Origin: a virus
Lineage: Duplodnaviria; Caudoviricetes
Virus record (IMG/VR): IMGVR_UViG_2974625740_000001
Location: 1-64,000 of that record
Length of the DNA: 64,000 bases
Reading direction: 5' to 3' (one strand)
A program made the position numbers and the translations under genes. This document shows positions 47,737 through 56,716 of the stretch, piece after piece; position 1 is the first letter of the stretch; every line of letters starts with the position of its first letter. Under the pieces are notes generated by a model that was not told where the DNA came from, searched no databases, and saw only the letters and a program-made list of their open reading frames with translations.

Positions 47737-48164
47737 TGCCGAACCCCACGCCGCTGCCCAGTGCGCCCCCTCGAAGTCAAGCTCAACGGATCGGAGACCT
47801 CACCCGCGAACGCGACCGAATCGCCGCCGACCTCATCCGAACGAAGCGCATCCTCGGTGCCATCCGCGACGCCGTGTTCAACGTCGCATGGGGCCAAGAG
47901 CAAATGGTCCAGGCCGTCAAGCAATACCTGGTCGACGACTGGGACGCCACCACGCCCCCCGGTTGCGCGTTCGACCTGATGCGCTCCCACGACGGTTCGG
48001 GCGTGTCTGGCTCGGGGCGGGTGGCGGAGGGCTTCGAGTTCGAAAATGGCAAGGTCGCCCTGTGTTGGCTGGGCAAGTTCAGCTCGGTCAACGTGTACGA
48101 CTCGATCGACCACGTCCGGGCCATCCACGGCCACGGCGGTTCTACGGAGGTTGTGTACCGATGA
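47736..48164 (+). CDS. Hypothetical protein with conserved actinophage C-terminal domain
   Basis: FDLMRSHDGSGVSGSGRVAEG...IHGHGGST. Confidence 0.6.
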   Translation: MPNPTPLPSAPPRSQAQRIGDLTRERDRIAADLIRTKRILGAIRDAVFNVAWGQEQMVQAVKQYLVDDWDATTPPGCAFDLMRSHDGSGVSGSGRVAEGFEFENGKVALCWLGKFSSVNVYDSIDHVRAIHGHGGSTEVVYR

Positions 48165-48748
48165 GCAAGCCCCACCACCGCACGCTCGTCAGAGATCTTC
48201 ACCTCAAGCCGGGTGACGTGATCCTGCTGCGCATAGAAGGGTTCGTCGGCCTCATGGTCGACGTCATGCAGCGCATCAACCGCGACACCTCGTACTGGAC
48301 TCACGCCGCCATGGTGCTGGACGATGACACGGTCTTCGAGGCTCAGCCCGGGGGTGCCGTGATCACGCCGCTGTCGAAGTACCTGGACCGTCCCGGCACC
48401 GTGGTCAGCTACTACCAGAAGCCCAAGCCGGGCAACCCCCACGAGTACGAGCTTACCCCCATCGCCAACTTCATGACCGACACCCGGCGTGCGAGCATCG
48501 TCCGTGACGCTCGGGTCGCATTCGAGCGGGGTTACCGGTACGCGTGGTCGACGTACCTGTACCTCGCGCTGTACCGGTTCGGTATTCACAGCAACTGGGT
48601 GAAGTGGGCCGTCCAGCAGCCGGACCAGGGCATCTGCTCGCAGGTGTGCGACCTGCTGCTGGCCGACAATGGCATCCACCTGTTCGCGGATGGCCGCCTG
48701 CCATACGACGTCACCCCGGGCGACCTGGCCACGCTGGCGCTGCCGTAA
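48161..48748 (+). CDS. Permuted NlpC/P60 (YiiX/YaeF-like) papain-fold enzyme
   Basis: LKPGDVILL...YWTHAAMV (His first), Y.Y, then ICSQVC (Cys later) and VTPGDL. Confidence 0.7.
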   Translation: MSKPHHRTLVRDLHLKPGDVILLRIEGFVGLMVDVMQRINRDTSYWTHAAMVLDDDTVFEAQPGGAVITPLSKYLDRPGTVVSYYQKPKPGNPHEYELTPIANFMTDTRRASIVRDARVAFERGYRYAWSTYLYLALYRFGIHSNWVKWAVQQPDQGICSQVCDLLLADNGIHLFADGRLPYDVTPGDLATLALP

Positions 48749-48831
48749 CCCCGGTACTTGCGCACCAGACAACGGTCATGATACGGTATGACCCTGGCCG
48801 CCGCTCGGGTGGCCAGGGAACGGAGCCAGTA

Positions 48832-49167
48832 ATGCGCGTAACGATCACGTCGGACGTCCTGGAGCACGAGCACGACGGCCAGCCGGTGAACAGCAACTTC
48901 GCCACCGCGTACATCGCGGGGGCCGAGCCGTACATCGTCCCGGGCGTCACCTCCTGGGACAACGTGCAGGCCGAGATGCCCGACCCGAACACGGTCGTCA
49001 TCACGGCCGACCTCACCACGCTGGACACCGTACCCAAGGACGACGCGAGCACCCACGGGGACACGCCCGTGACCACGGACTGGGTGCGCGACTACGTCAC
49101 CGGAGCCGACGCCTACTGGCTGGCCCCGGGCGTCCTGCGAGCCACCGAGGTCACGTTCGCCGACTGA
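48832..49167 (+). CDS. Hypothetical protein
   Basis: Own promoter (48756) and RBS. Confidence 0.55.
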   Translation: MRVTITSDVLEHEHDGQPVNSNFATAYIAGAEPYIVPGVTSWDNVQAEMPDPNTVVITADLTTLDTVPKDDASTHGDTPVTTDWVRDYVTGADAYWLAPGVLRATEVTFAD

Positions 49168-49286
49168 GCCGCCGGGGGCGGTCCCGATGCACCACGTCGG
49201 GACCGCCCCCGCTGCTTGCGCGGGCAGCAACTACCGTGCTACGATGGGTATCCGGCGGTCACCCTGGCCGCTGGGGGAGGGCAAGC

Positions 49287-49757
49287 ATGAACCTGATCGG
49301 GACCCCCAGCAACGACGACGTCCCCGCGTCGGACATGATGGACGAGATCCATCGTGTGAATCGGGCGATGTCGCAGCACCCCGACCCCGAGTGGGTGAAC
49401 GTGACCGTGGGCTACCGGCTCTCGGGCTGTGACACGATCTTCCGCGAGGAGCCGCTGGTACAGCAGGCCCCCGAGGTCGCGGAGATCCTCGCGCGGCTGG
49501 CGCGACACGTGAAGCTGGCGTACGGCCAGATGTCCGCCGAGGTCACCACGCCGCACGGCAAGCGACGTCGCTTCCTCACGTTCGACATCGCCGACCTGCT
49601 GTACGTGGAGGTCATCACCGAGCCCCACGAGCCCGAGCACACGGACGAGGACAAGCGACGCGCCAAGCTGCACGGCTCCGCGCGCCGACGCACCTCGGAC
49701 GGCCGGGTCACCCGCCAGCCGGACACCGAAATCGACATGACCGTCTTCGAGCAGTAA
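49287..49757 (+). CDS. Hypothetical protein
   Basis: Own promoter (49214); first gene of the purZ-like operon. Confidence 0.55.
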   Translation: MNLIGTPSNDDVPASDMMDEIHRVNRAMSQHPDPEWVNVTVGYRLSGCDTIFREEPLVQQAPEVAEILARLARHVKLAYGQMSAEVTTPHGKRRRFLTFDIADLLYVEVITEPHEPEHTDEDKRRAKLHGSARRRTSDGRVTRQPDTEIDMTVFEQ

Positions 49758-49799
49758 ACACCAACACCCGAGCAACAACGAAACAGAAGGGGGTTTGCC

Positions 49800-50915
49800 G
49801 TGGGTGGCAAGCTTCTGGTAGTGGCCGGAGCCCAGTACGGTTCCGAGGCCAAGGGACACGTCGCTGACCAGCTCAGCCGACCGGCCGTCGCGAGTGACAA
49901 CGTGGTCGTCATGCGGGTGGCGGGACCGAACGCGGGTCACACCGTGTACGGCCTGTGCCCCAACGACTGCACCCCGGACGACTCGCACATGTCCGGCGAG
50001 AACTGGATCGGGCACCCGTGGCGGCTGCGCACCGTGCCGGTGGGGGCCGTCAGCAACCCCGATGCCGACCTGGTCATCGCCGCCGGTTCCGAGATCGACT
50101 ACAACGTGCTCATGTCGGAGGTCGTCGCGCTAGACGCCGCCGGATACAAGGTCAGCCAGCGGCTGGTCATCGACACCCAAGCGACGCTGCTCGAACCGCG
50201 TCACATCCAGGAGGAGGTCGACGCCAAGATCCAGGAGCGTCTCGGCTCCACCGCCAAGGGCATCGGGGCGGCTCGCGCCGACCGCATCTGGCGACTGGCC
50301 AAGACCTGGGGTGACCACATCCAAGACGAGGGCCGGATCGAGTCCGCCGAGTTCGTGCGGGGTCGGCTGGCCGACGGCGCTACGGTCGTGATCGAGGGGA
50401 CCCAGGGGTTCGGCCTCGGGCTGCACGCGGGTCACTACCCCCAGTGCACCTCGTCCGACTGCCGCGCGATCGACTTCCTGTCCATGGCTGGCCTCAGCCC
50501 GTGGATGCGCGAGGTCGACGAGTTCGGCGTCTGGCTGGCCGCCCGGGTCCGCCCGATCCGCGTGGCGGGCAACTCCGGCCCGATGAAGAACGAGACCACC
50601 TGGCAGGACCTGCGTCTGCCGGAGGAGTACACGACCGTGACCAAGAAGGTCCGGCGCGTGGGCGAGTGGGACGGCGAACTCGTCGCCCGCGCCGTGATCG
50701 CCAACGGCGGTGCTCCGGCCGTCCGGGTCGCGCTGACCATGGTCGACAGCATCTTCGACGAGATCCGCAACGCCGAGGGCATGTTCGACGACGTCGACTG
50801 GACGCACGAGGTTGCACCCCCGCTGCCCAAGATCGTGACCAACATCGAGCGCGAGATCGGGGCCCCGATCCGCATGATCACCACCTCGCCGACCACTGCC
50901 CTCTGGAGGCCGTGA
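49800..50915 (+). CDS. purZ: PurZ/PurZ0-like adenylosuccinate synthetase paralogue (2-aminoadenine pathway)
   Basis: GAQYGSEAKG (Ser at the PurA catalytic Asp position), PNAGHT, GSTAKGIG, VIEGTQG, YPQCTS, TTVTKKVRRVG, ALTMVD. Confidence 0.85.
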   Translation: MGGKLLVVAGAQYGSEAKGHVADQLSRPAVASDNVVVMRVAGPNAGHTVYGLCPNDCTPDDSHMSGENWIGHPWRLRTVPVGAVSNPDADLVIAAGSEIDYNVLMSEVVALDAAGYKVSQRLVIDTQATLLEPRHIQEEVDAKIQERLGSTAKGIGAARADRIWRLAKTWGDHIQDEGRIESAEFVRGRLADGATVVIEGTQGFGLGLHAGHYPQCTSSDCRAIDFLSMAGLSPWMREVDEFGVWLAARVRPIRVAGNSGPMKNETTWQDLRLPEEYTTVTKKVRRVGEWDGELVARAVIANGGAPAVRVALTMVDSIFDEIRNAEGMFDDVDWTHEVAPPLPKIVTNIEREIGAPIRMITTSPTTALWRP

Positions 50916-50917
50916 CC

Positions 50918-52177
50918 ATGGGTGCTGACTTCCACATCCACCTCCCCAAGCGGGACGACCCCGACCACTGCGGTCGCGAGGGGTGCGCCCGTCACTACAG
51001 CCACCCCGTCCACGCGCCCTCGGAGGCCCTCCGGAGGCTCTCGGAGCTGCCGCCGGACCTCCGCCCCCTGGAGCACCACGAGAGGGCTTCCGGAGCCCCC
51101 TACGTGCCCGCGCAGAGGGACGCGGCCCCCGCCACCCACACCGGCCGTCCGGCCATGCACCCGGGAACTACCATCCGGGTGGCCAAGATGGGCGAGCCGC
51201 AGCGCGACGCCACCCCCGCCGAAATCGCCGCGTACCTCAAGGCGAATCCGCACATGAACCAGGACCCCGACCTGTACTGCTCGCACCCCAACGGGTTCGG
51301 CCCGAACGGGTGCCCGTGCGGCAAGGGCCAGCCGGGTGAGGACGACCCCGAGACCGTGCGCAACATCGATACGGGCGAGGACGTTCCCGCCACCCGCTGC
51401 CCCGAGTGTCAGGAGGCGGTGCCGACCGACCAGCTCCTGGCGCACATGCGCGACGTCGAGGCGTCCGATCAGGAGGACATCGACGCGATGGCCGAGCTGC
51501 TCGGTCTGCCGACGCTGCCGCCCCCCAACATGACCATCAACACGGTCGGGGAGGACTCGCCCATCTGGGGTCGTCCGATCGGCTGCCCGGTTCGCGAGAG
51601 GGAGCTGGCCGAGGGTGTGCCTACCTCGTGCCCGGGTCGTGCTGGCCACACCAAGGGAACCATCCGGCGGCATCTCCAGACCGTTCACTCGTGGAACGGC
51701 GACCAGTGGAACGACTGGGCCGAGTCGGTCAACTTCCTGGAGCTGCCCAGCGTCCCGAAGTCCATCCTCGACGAGATGGAGGCCCTGGGGAAGCGCGTCG
51801 ACGCCTTCCTGGACCCTGACATCACGATGGAGCAGATCATGTCCGACGCGCAGCAGAACGGCACCGAGATCCTGACCGAGTGGTGGCTGAAGCGAGCCGC
51901 CGCAGAGGCCGAGGGCGTGGTGCCCAAGTCGATCGAGTACGGGTCGAACAGCCTGATGCAGCTCGGTCGCAAGATGGCCCAGCTCCAGGGTCGCGAGGTG
52001 TCCGAGGCCGAGGCCCTGGAACTCGGCTGCTGGGCCAACTGCATCCAGAAGATCGAGCGCTGGACGGACGCCGTGATGCGGGGTGAGCGTCCCTCGGACG
52101 ACACGATCCTCGACGCGGGGGTCTACCTCAAGATGGTCCAGCGCATCCGCGACTCGGGGTCCTGGCCCGGAGTCTGA
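50918..52177 (+). CDS. Cys/His-rich modules fused to C-terminal all-alpha MazG-like / nucleotide-modification domain
   Basis: Several CxxC/HxH clusters; C-terminus PKSIEYG...KIERW...PSDDTILDAGVYLKM. Confidence 0.5.
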   Translation: MGADFHIHLPKRDDPDHCGREGCARHYSHPVHAPSEALRRLSELPPDLRPLEHHERASGAPYVPAQRDAAPATHTGRPAMHPGTTIRVAKMGEPQRDATPAEIAAYLKANPHMNQDPDLYCSHPNGFGPNGCPCGKGQPGEDDPETVRNIDTGEDVPATRCPECQEAVPTDQLLAHMRDVEASDQEDIDAMAELLGLPTLPPPNMTINTVGEDSPIWGRPIGCPVRERELAEGVPTSCPGRAGHTKGTIRRHLQTVHSWNGDQWNDWAESVNFLELPSVPKSILDEMEALGKRVDAFLDPDITMEQIMSDAQQNGTEILTEWWLKRAAAEAEGVVPKSIEYGSNSLMQLGRKMAQLQGREVSEAEALELGCWANCIQKIERWTDAVMRGERPSDDTILDAGVYLKMVQRIRDSGSWPGV

Positions 52178-52249
52178 GTCAATCCGTCAATCCGAGCACA
52201 ACCAACGGCGGGGGTGGCGGTGCTGCCCCCGCCCGGCTGGAGGGCCGAC

Positions 52250-53128
52250 ATGAAGAACGACCGACTGATCTACCTGGCACACCCGATCGACATGGGCCGC
52301 GCGTGCCCCGACCTGCTCAACTACGCGGTCGGCGAACTCCAGGCCCTGGGCCTGCCGACGTACAACCCGCTGACCGCGTTCAACGTGAGCGGTCAGCCGT
52401 CTGGGGTGATCAACCGCGTGAACGAGGCCGCCATGCTCGCCAGCTCGGGGGCGGTGGCGTTCCTGCCGAAGGACACCCCGACCATCGGCACCCCGGCCGA
52501 GATCTCGTGGCTGATGACGCACGGCAAGCCGGTCCTGATCCTGACCGACATCGACACCTCATGGGTCGTCGCGGGCTGGCGCGGTCAGCTCTTCACCGAG
52601 GTGCACCATCTGGACGAGGAGGGCGTCAGCGCGGGCATCGACTGGCTGACCGACCGGATGTCGTACCTGGACGACAACCCCGAGTTCGGCGACGTCGAGC
52701 CGATCGTGTTCGAGAAGGCCAAGCAGGACGCCACTCTCCCGACCAAGGGGTACGCCGACGACGCCGGATACGACCTGTACGCCAGCGACGAGGTCGTCGT
52801 TCCGGCTCGGGGTCAGGCCACGGTGCCGCTCGGCGTCAAGGTGGACATCCCCGAGGGTCTGTGGGCCCAGATCACTGGCCGAAGCTCGACGCTCAAGAAC
52901 CTCAACCTGATGGTCGCCCCCACGGTCGGCGTGATCGACGAGGGGTACACGGGCGAGCTGTTCGCTCCCGTGGTCAGTAACGCGGACGAGGACGTGAAGA
53001 TCGAGCGCGGGCAGCGGATCGCCCAGCTCATCCTTCACGAGGCCCCGGGCCAGCGCTTCACGCCCGTGTGGGGCGTCGCCCGCCGGAAGGAGCGGGGAGC
53101 GAACGGCTTCGGATCTACCGGTCGCTGA
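52250..53128 (+). CDS. dut: Nucleoside deoxyribosyltransferase-like domain fused to trimeric dUTPase
   Basis: N-terminus IYLAHP, YNP, GTPAEI, GKPVLI; dUTPase motifs AGYDL, GRSS, GVIDEGYTGE, RIAQL, RGANGFGSTG. Confidence 0.85.
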   Translation: MKNDRLIYLAHPIDMGRACPDLLNYAVGELQALGLPTYNPLTAFNVSGQPSGVINRVNEAAMLASSGAVAFLPKDTPTIGTPAEISWLMTHGKPVLILTDIDTSWVVAGWRGQLFTEVHHLDEEGVSAGIDWLTDRMSYLDDNPEFGDVEPIVFEKAKQDATLPTKGYADDAGYDLYASDEVVVPARGQATVPLGVKVDIPEGLWAQITGRSSTLKNLNLMVAPTVGVIDEGYTGELFAPVVSNADEDVKIERGQRIAQLILHEAPGQRFTPVWGVARRKERGANGFGSTGR

Positions 53129-53138
53129 CCGCACCCGC

Positions 53139-53174
53139 CACGGCCCCCACCCAGCGCACAGGGTGGGGGCCGTG
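53139..53174 (+). terminator. Terminator-like hairpin after dut
   Basis: CACGGCCCCCACCC / GGGTGGGGGCCGTG 14-bp stem. Confidence 0.65.
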
Positions 53175-53276
53175 CGCTGTCTTCCGCCACCACGCGCCAC
53201 CCCTGTGCGCTCTTGTGCCGTTGCGGAGGGCGCAATTACCGTGGTAGTACAACTCCCGACCGGAGGTTTGAGCACC

Positions 53277-53468
53277 GTGGTTCTGAACGTTGACGACTGG
53301 GTGGAGACAAAAAACGGCAACATCGCGTTGGTGGTCGCTCGCAAGAGCCGACGCGTGGTCACCCTGTACACGATCGAAGATCACGAGCTGCACGAGGACG
53401 TCAGCGTCGACGTGATCAGCGGGTGTTTTCCGAACGTGTACAGGTTGCGCAACGCGGCCCCCGTATGA
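53277..53468 (+). CDS. Small hypothetical protein
   Basis: GGAGG RBS; lower GC. Confidence 0.4.
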   Translation: MVLNVDDWVETKNGNIALVVARKSRRVVTLYTIEDHELHEDVSVDVISGCFPNVYRLRNAAPV

Positions 53469-53555
53469 TTTAATCGCCGATCGGATCCCGCTTGTCCCAA
53501 CGGCAACAGGGTGGTACACTTGTGCCCAGTTGCAAGAGACCTGGAGGGCTCCCCG

Positions 53556-53801
53556 GTGGTTACCGCTGTGATTGTACTGGCGACGTTGATCGCTCTCGTA
53601 CTCATCGTCATGGGTTTCGTGTCGGTGTTTCGCGAGCAGACCATGCGCACGCCCTGGTTTTACTGGACCTGGGCGGTCGTCGCCGTCCTGATCATGTCGA
53701 TGCTGATCGACCTGCCGATGTGGGTCAGGGTCGCCAACTTCGTCGTCCTGCTGGCGTCCGCCGTCCTGTGGACCCGGGACATCAAGGAGGTCGCCCGATG
53801 A
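53556..53801 (+). CDS. Membrane protein (3 TM)
   Basis: Hydrophobic; follows promoter at 53490. Confidence 0.55.
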   Translation: MVTAVIVLATLIALVLIVMGFVSVFREQTMRTPWFYWTWAVVAVLIMSMLIDLPMWVRVANFVVLLASAVLWTRDIKEVAR

Positions 53802-54097
53802 GCGACGTTCAGCAGCGGATCTTTGAGGACATCCGCAACGAGAGAGCGGCCCAAGACCTCAAGTGGGGCAAGCAGATGCACCCCAACGGCACGTCGATCC
53901 GGTTCAAGCCGATGGCCGACGCTGCCCGGAACGCCACCCGCAAGGCCGACGCGAACAACCAGCAGACGTGGACCAACATCCTGCGCGAGGAGTTCTGGGA
54001 GGCCCTGTCGGAAACCGACCGCGCGGCCCTGCGCGCCGAGCTGATCCAGGTCGGTGCCGTGGTCGTCGCGTGGGTCGAGTGCCTCGACGAGAGCTGA
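53798..54097 (+). CDS. MazG-like nucleotide pyrophosphohydrolase
   Basis: ERAAQDLKWG...WTNILREEFWEA...LRAELIQVGAVVVAW. Confidence 0.7.
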   Translation: MSDVQQRIFEDIRNERAAQDLKWGKQMHPNGTSIRFKPMADAARNATRKADANNQQTWTNILREEFWEALSETDRAALRAELIQVGAVVVAWVECLDES

Positions 54098-54230
54098 CCG
54101 CCACCCCCCCCTGACGCCCCCTCACCCAAATTCCCGCGCTCCGGTCCGGGTGAGGGGGCTCACGCTTGCCCGGGTGATTGCGCTGCGAGCAAGTCCCATG
54201 GTAGGATAAGCTCGGAATAAGGAGGTGCAC

Positions 54231-54593
54231 ATGCACCGTTGGGAATACGCCGTCGGCCACCAGAGGCTCGACGACACGTGGACCAACGACACGGACCCGG
54301 CCACGTTCGAAGTCGCGCGCCGTGATCTGATCATCCAGCAGATCCAGCACGGTGACGAGGACTGGGCACACGATCTGCGCGTCATCAAGCGCGGTGACCA
54401 CCAGCTCGACTGGACCCCGGTGTACGACCACGCGGCCGAGTTGCTGGTGGAGGTCCTGGAGGGCGTCCGGCTCGACTTCGCCACGATCGGCTCGGGGATC
54501 GTCCAGGGCAGCGACGTCGCCCGGATCTTCAAGAAGCGTGCCCAGGTCCTTCGTAACACCCTGCCCAACCAGAACCAGGAGTACGACTCGTGA
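54231..54593 (+). CDS. Hypothetical protein
   Basis: AAGGAGG RBS; promoter at 54177. Confidence 0.55.
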   Translation: MHRWEYAVGHQRLDDTWTNDTDPATFEVARRDLIIQQIQHGDEDWAHDLRVIKRGDHQLDWTPVYDHAAELLVEVLEGVRLDFATIGSGIVQGSDVARIFKKRAQVLRNTLPNQNQEYDS

Positions 54594-55183
54594 CGTACCA
54601 TCACTACATCAAGCTCATGAGAGACGCGTCGGTCCCGCTCGACAACGTCATCCATCGGCTGACGGACGAGGGCCACGCCCTCACCCTCCGCCGGACGCAG
54701 GTCACGTTCGACCAGGCCAACATCTTCGTCACGCCGCATCCGGACGACCGGGACGTCGTTTTCGGCGTGTACATCGAGGAGTTCAGCAAGGCCGGATGGG
54801 CGTACGGGTCGCAGACGGCCCCCGCCAGCGAGGACCCCGCGCGCCCCGTGATCTCGATGTCGTTCGGGCACCCGCGCACCAAGACCCGGCTGGGTGAGCG
54901 TCCGCCGATCCGGCCCCGGGCCATCGGGTTCGAGATCCCGATGCCGGACCCGTCGCTGCCGATCACCACGGACCTGATCGAGTACTACGCCCAGCGCGCG
55001 GCCGACATCACCCGGGGCCTGATGGCGCAGCAGGTCGTCGACGAAGAGGGCAAGATGCCCGGCACCCCGGGCCAGGGCGGACCGCAGTTCAGGTCGCCCG
55101 ACTGGCAGCCCACCGTGACCAAGGTCGAGCCCAGGCCGCTGAACGAGATCTTCAACGACGAGGACGAGGAGGACGACGCGTGA
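54590..55183 (+). CDS. Hypothetical protein
   Basis: GTGA overlap; codon bias. Confidence 0.55.
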   Translation: MTYHHYIKLMRDASVPLDNVIHRLTDEGHALTLRRTQVTFDQANIFVTPHPDDRDVVFGVYIEEFSKAGWAYGSQTAPASEDPARPVISMSFGHPRTKTRLGERPPIRPRAIGFEIPMPDPSLPITTDLIEYYAQRAADITRGLMAQQVVDEEGKMPGTPGQGGPQFRSPDWQPTVTKVEPRPLNEIFNDEDEEDDA

Positions 55184-55287
55184 ACGTGCTGGCCGCGTTC
55201 GCCATCAGCCTGGCGGGGTTGGGGTTCGCCCTGGCCCTGCTGGGCTGGCACGGATGGAAGTTTCTCGCACCCCAAGGAGCGTGCTAA
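55180..55287 (+). CDS. Small membrane peptide
   Basis: GTGA overlap; MNVLAAFAISLAGLGFALALLGWHGWKFLAPQGAC; stop abuts purB start. Confidence 0.45.
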   Translation: MNVLAAFAISLAGLGFALALLGWHGWKFLAPQGAC

Positions 55288-56661
55288 GTGCAAACCGAAC
55301 TCGACCGATACACCACCCCCCAGATGGACACCATCTGGTCACCGGACTGGAAGCTCCGGCGGTGGGCCGAGATCGAGCTGGCCGCTGCGGAGGCCCTCGG
55401 TGCCCCCTCGGAGGCCCTCGCGCAGATCAGCCGGGCATCGGTCCCGTCGGCGCAGGCCGTGGCCACGGAGGAGGCCACGACGCGCCACGACGTGATCGCC
55501 TTCCTGAACCTCTGGCGCACGGGCATGGGCCCGGAGGGTCGGGCCTGGTCGCACAAGGGCCTGACCAGCTCGGACGTCGTCGACACCGCGAACGCCCTCC
55601 GCATGAAGGCCAGCACCGACGCCATCCGCGTGAACCTGGGTCGGCTGTCCAAGGCGGTCGGCCAGAACGCCCTCCTGTACAAGGACGCGGTCCGGGTCGG
55701 TCGCACCCACGGTCAACACGCGGAGGTCACAACGTGGGGGTGGCGGCTGGCCGTTTCGTTCTACGACCTTCAGCGCGCCGAGCGGCGGCTGTCGATGCTG
55801 GCCGAGCTGTACGAGGTCGGCAAGCTGTCGGGACCGGTCGGCGACTACAAGTCGATGACCCCGGCGGCTGAGCTGACCGCGCTTCAGGGCCTGGGCCTGC
55901 GACCGGCCGGAGCCACCACCCAGGTGGTCACCCGGGACGTCTACGTCGACTACCTGCACGCTCTCGCGCAGATCGCCAACGTGGTCGAGTCGCTGGCGCT
56001 GGAGATCCGGCTGTCCTCGCGGTCCGAGGTCGCCGAGATGCGCGAGGGCTTCAGCTCCGGCCAACGCGGTTCGTCGGCGATGCCGCACAAGCGGAACCCG
56101 ATCGGGTCGGAACAGCTCTGCGGACTCGCCCGGCTGGTGCGGGCTCAGGTGGAACCGGTCGCGCAGGGGGTGGCGTTGCACCACGAGCGCGACATCTCGC
56201 ACTCGTCGGTCGAGCGGGTCGCGTTGTCCACCGCCAGCCGCGTGGTCGACTACATGCTCGAAACCGCCACCGCCCTCGTTAACAACCTGCGGGTCGACGT
56301 CGACCGGATGCGCGCGAACGTGGTCGATAACCCGAGCCTGCTCAGCTCGCTGATCAAGAACGCGCTGACCGAGCAGCACAACATCGACCCGCACTGGGCG
56401 TACGAGGTCGTGTTCTACGGGTTCGAGGACTGGGGTCGGCCGGACCACGGCGGGTTCGACACGCTGGCCGACGCCCTGGCCGACGCGTGGTACCGGCTGG
56501 CCGAGACGCAGCACCTCGACGCGCACGTCCCGGGCCTCGACTTCGAGGACCTGGTGGCCATCGGGGACGACATCACGACGCTGACCGGCGGGACTGACCC
56601 CGTGTTCAAGGAGATCGAGTTCCTGATCAGCGACCAGAAGGGCGACCCGTCCGCCTGGTGA
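55288..56661 (+). CDS. purB: Adenylosuccinate lyase
   Basis: RYTTPQMDTIWS, TRHDVIAF, HKGLTSSDVVD, GRTHGQHAE, signature GSSAMPHKRNP, HERDISHSSVER. Confidence 0.95.
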   Translation: MQTELDRYTTPQMDTIWSPDWKLRRWAEIELAAAEALGAPSEALAQISRASVPSAQAVATEEATTRHDVIAFLNLWRTGMGPEGRAWSHKGLTSSDVVDTANALRMKASTDAIRVNLGRLSKAVGQNALLYKDAVRVGRTHGQHAEVTTWGWRLAVSFYDLQRAERRLSMLAELYEVGKLSGPVGDYKSMTPAAELTALQGLGLRPAGATTQVVTRDVYVDYLHALAQIANVVESLALEIRLSSRSEVAEMREGFSSGQRGSSAMPHKRNPIGSEQLCGLARLVRAQVEPVAQGVALHHERDISHSSVERVALSTASRVVDYMLETATALVNNLRVDVDRMRANVVDNPSLLSSLIKNALTEQHNIDPHWAYEVVFYGFEDWGRPDHGGFDTLADALADAWYRLAETQHLDAHVPGLDFEDLVAIGDDITTLTGGTDPVFKEIEFLISDQKGDPSAW

Positions 56662-56675
56662 CCCCCGAACACAGC

Positions 56676-56708
56676 GGAACCCCCCGCCACTCCCCGGCGG
56701 GGGGTTCC
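56676..56708. terminator. Bidirectional terminator between convergent genes
   Basis: GGAACCCCCCGCC / GGCGGGGGGTTCC stem. Confidence 0.7.
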
Positions 56709-56716
56709 GTGTTGTC

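Noticed and set aside
49800-50915. Ordinary purA + purB AMP-synthesis auxiliary genes
   Set aside because: The catalytic Asp is replaced by Ser (GSEAKG) and the TTVT..RRV loop is PurZ-like, so canonical IMP-to-AMP function is less likely.
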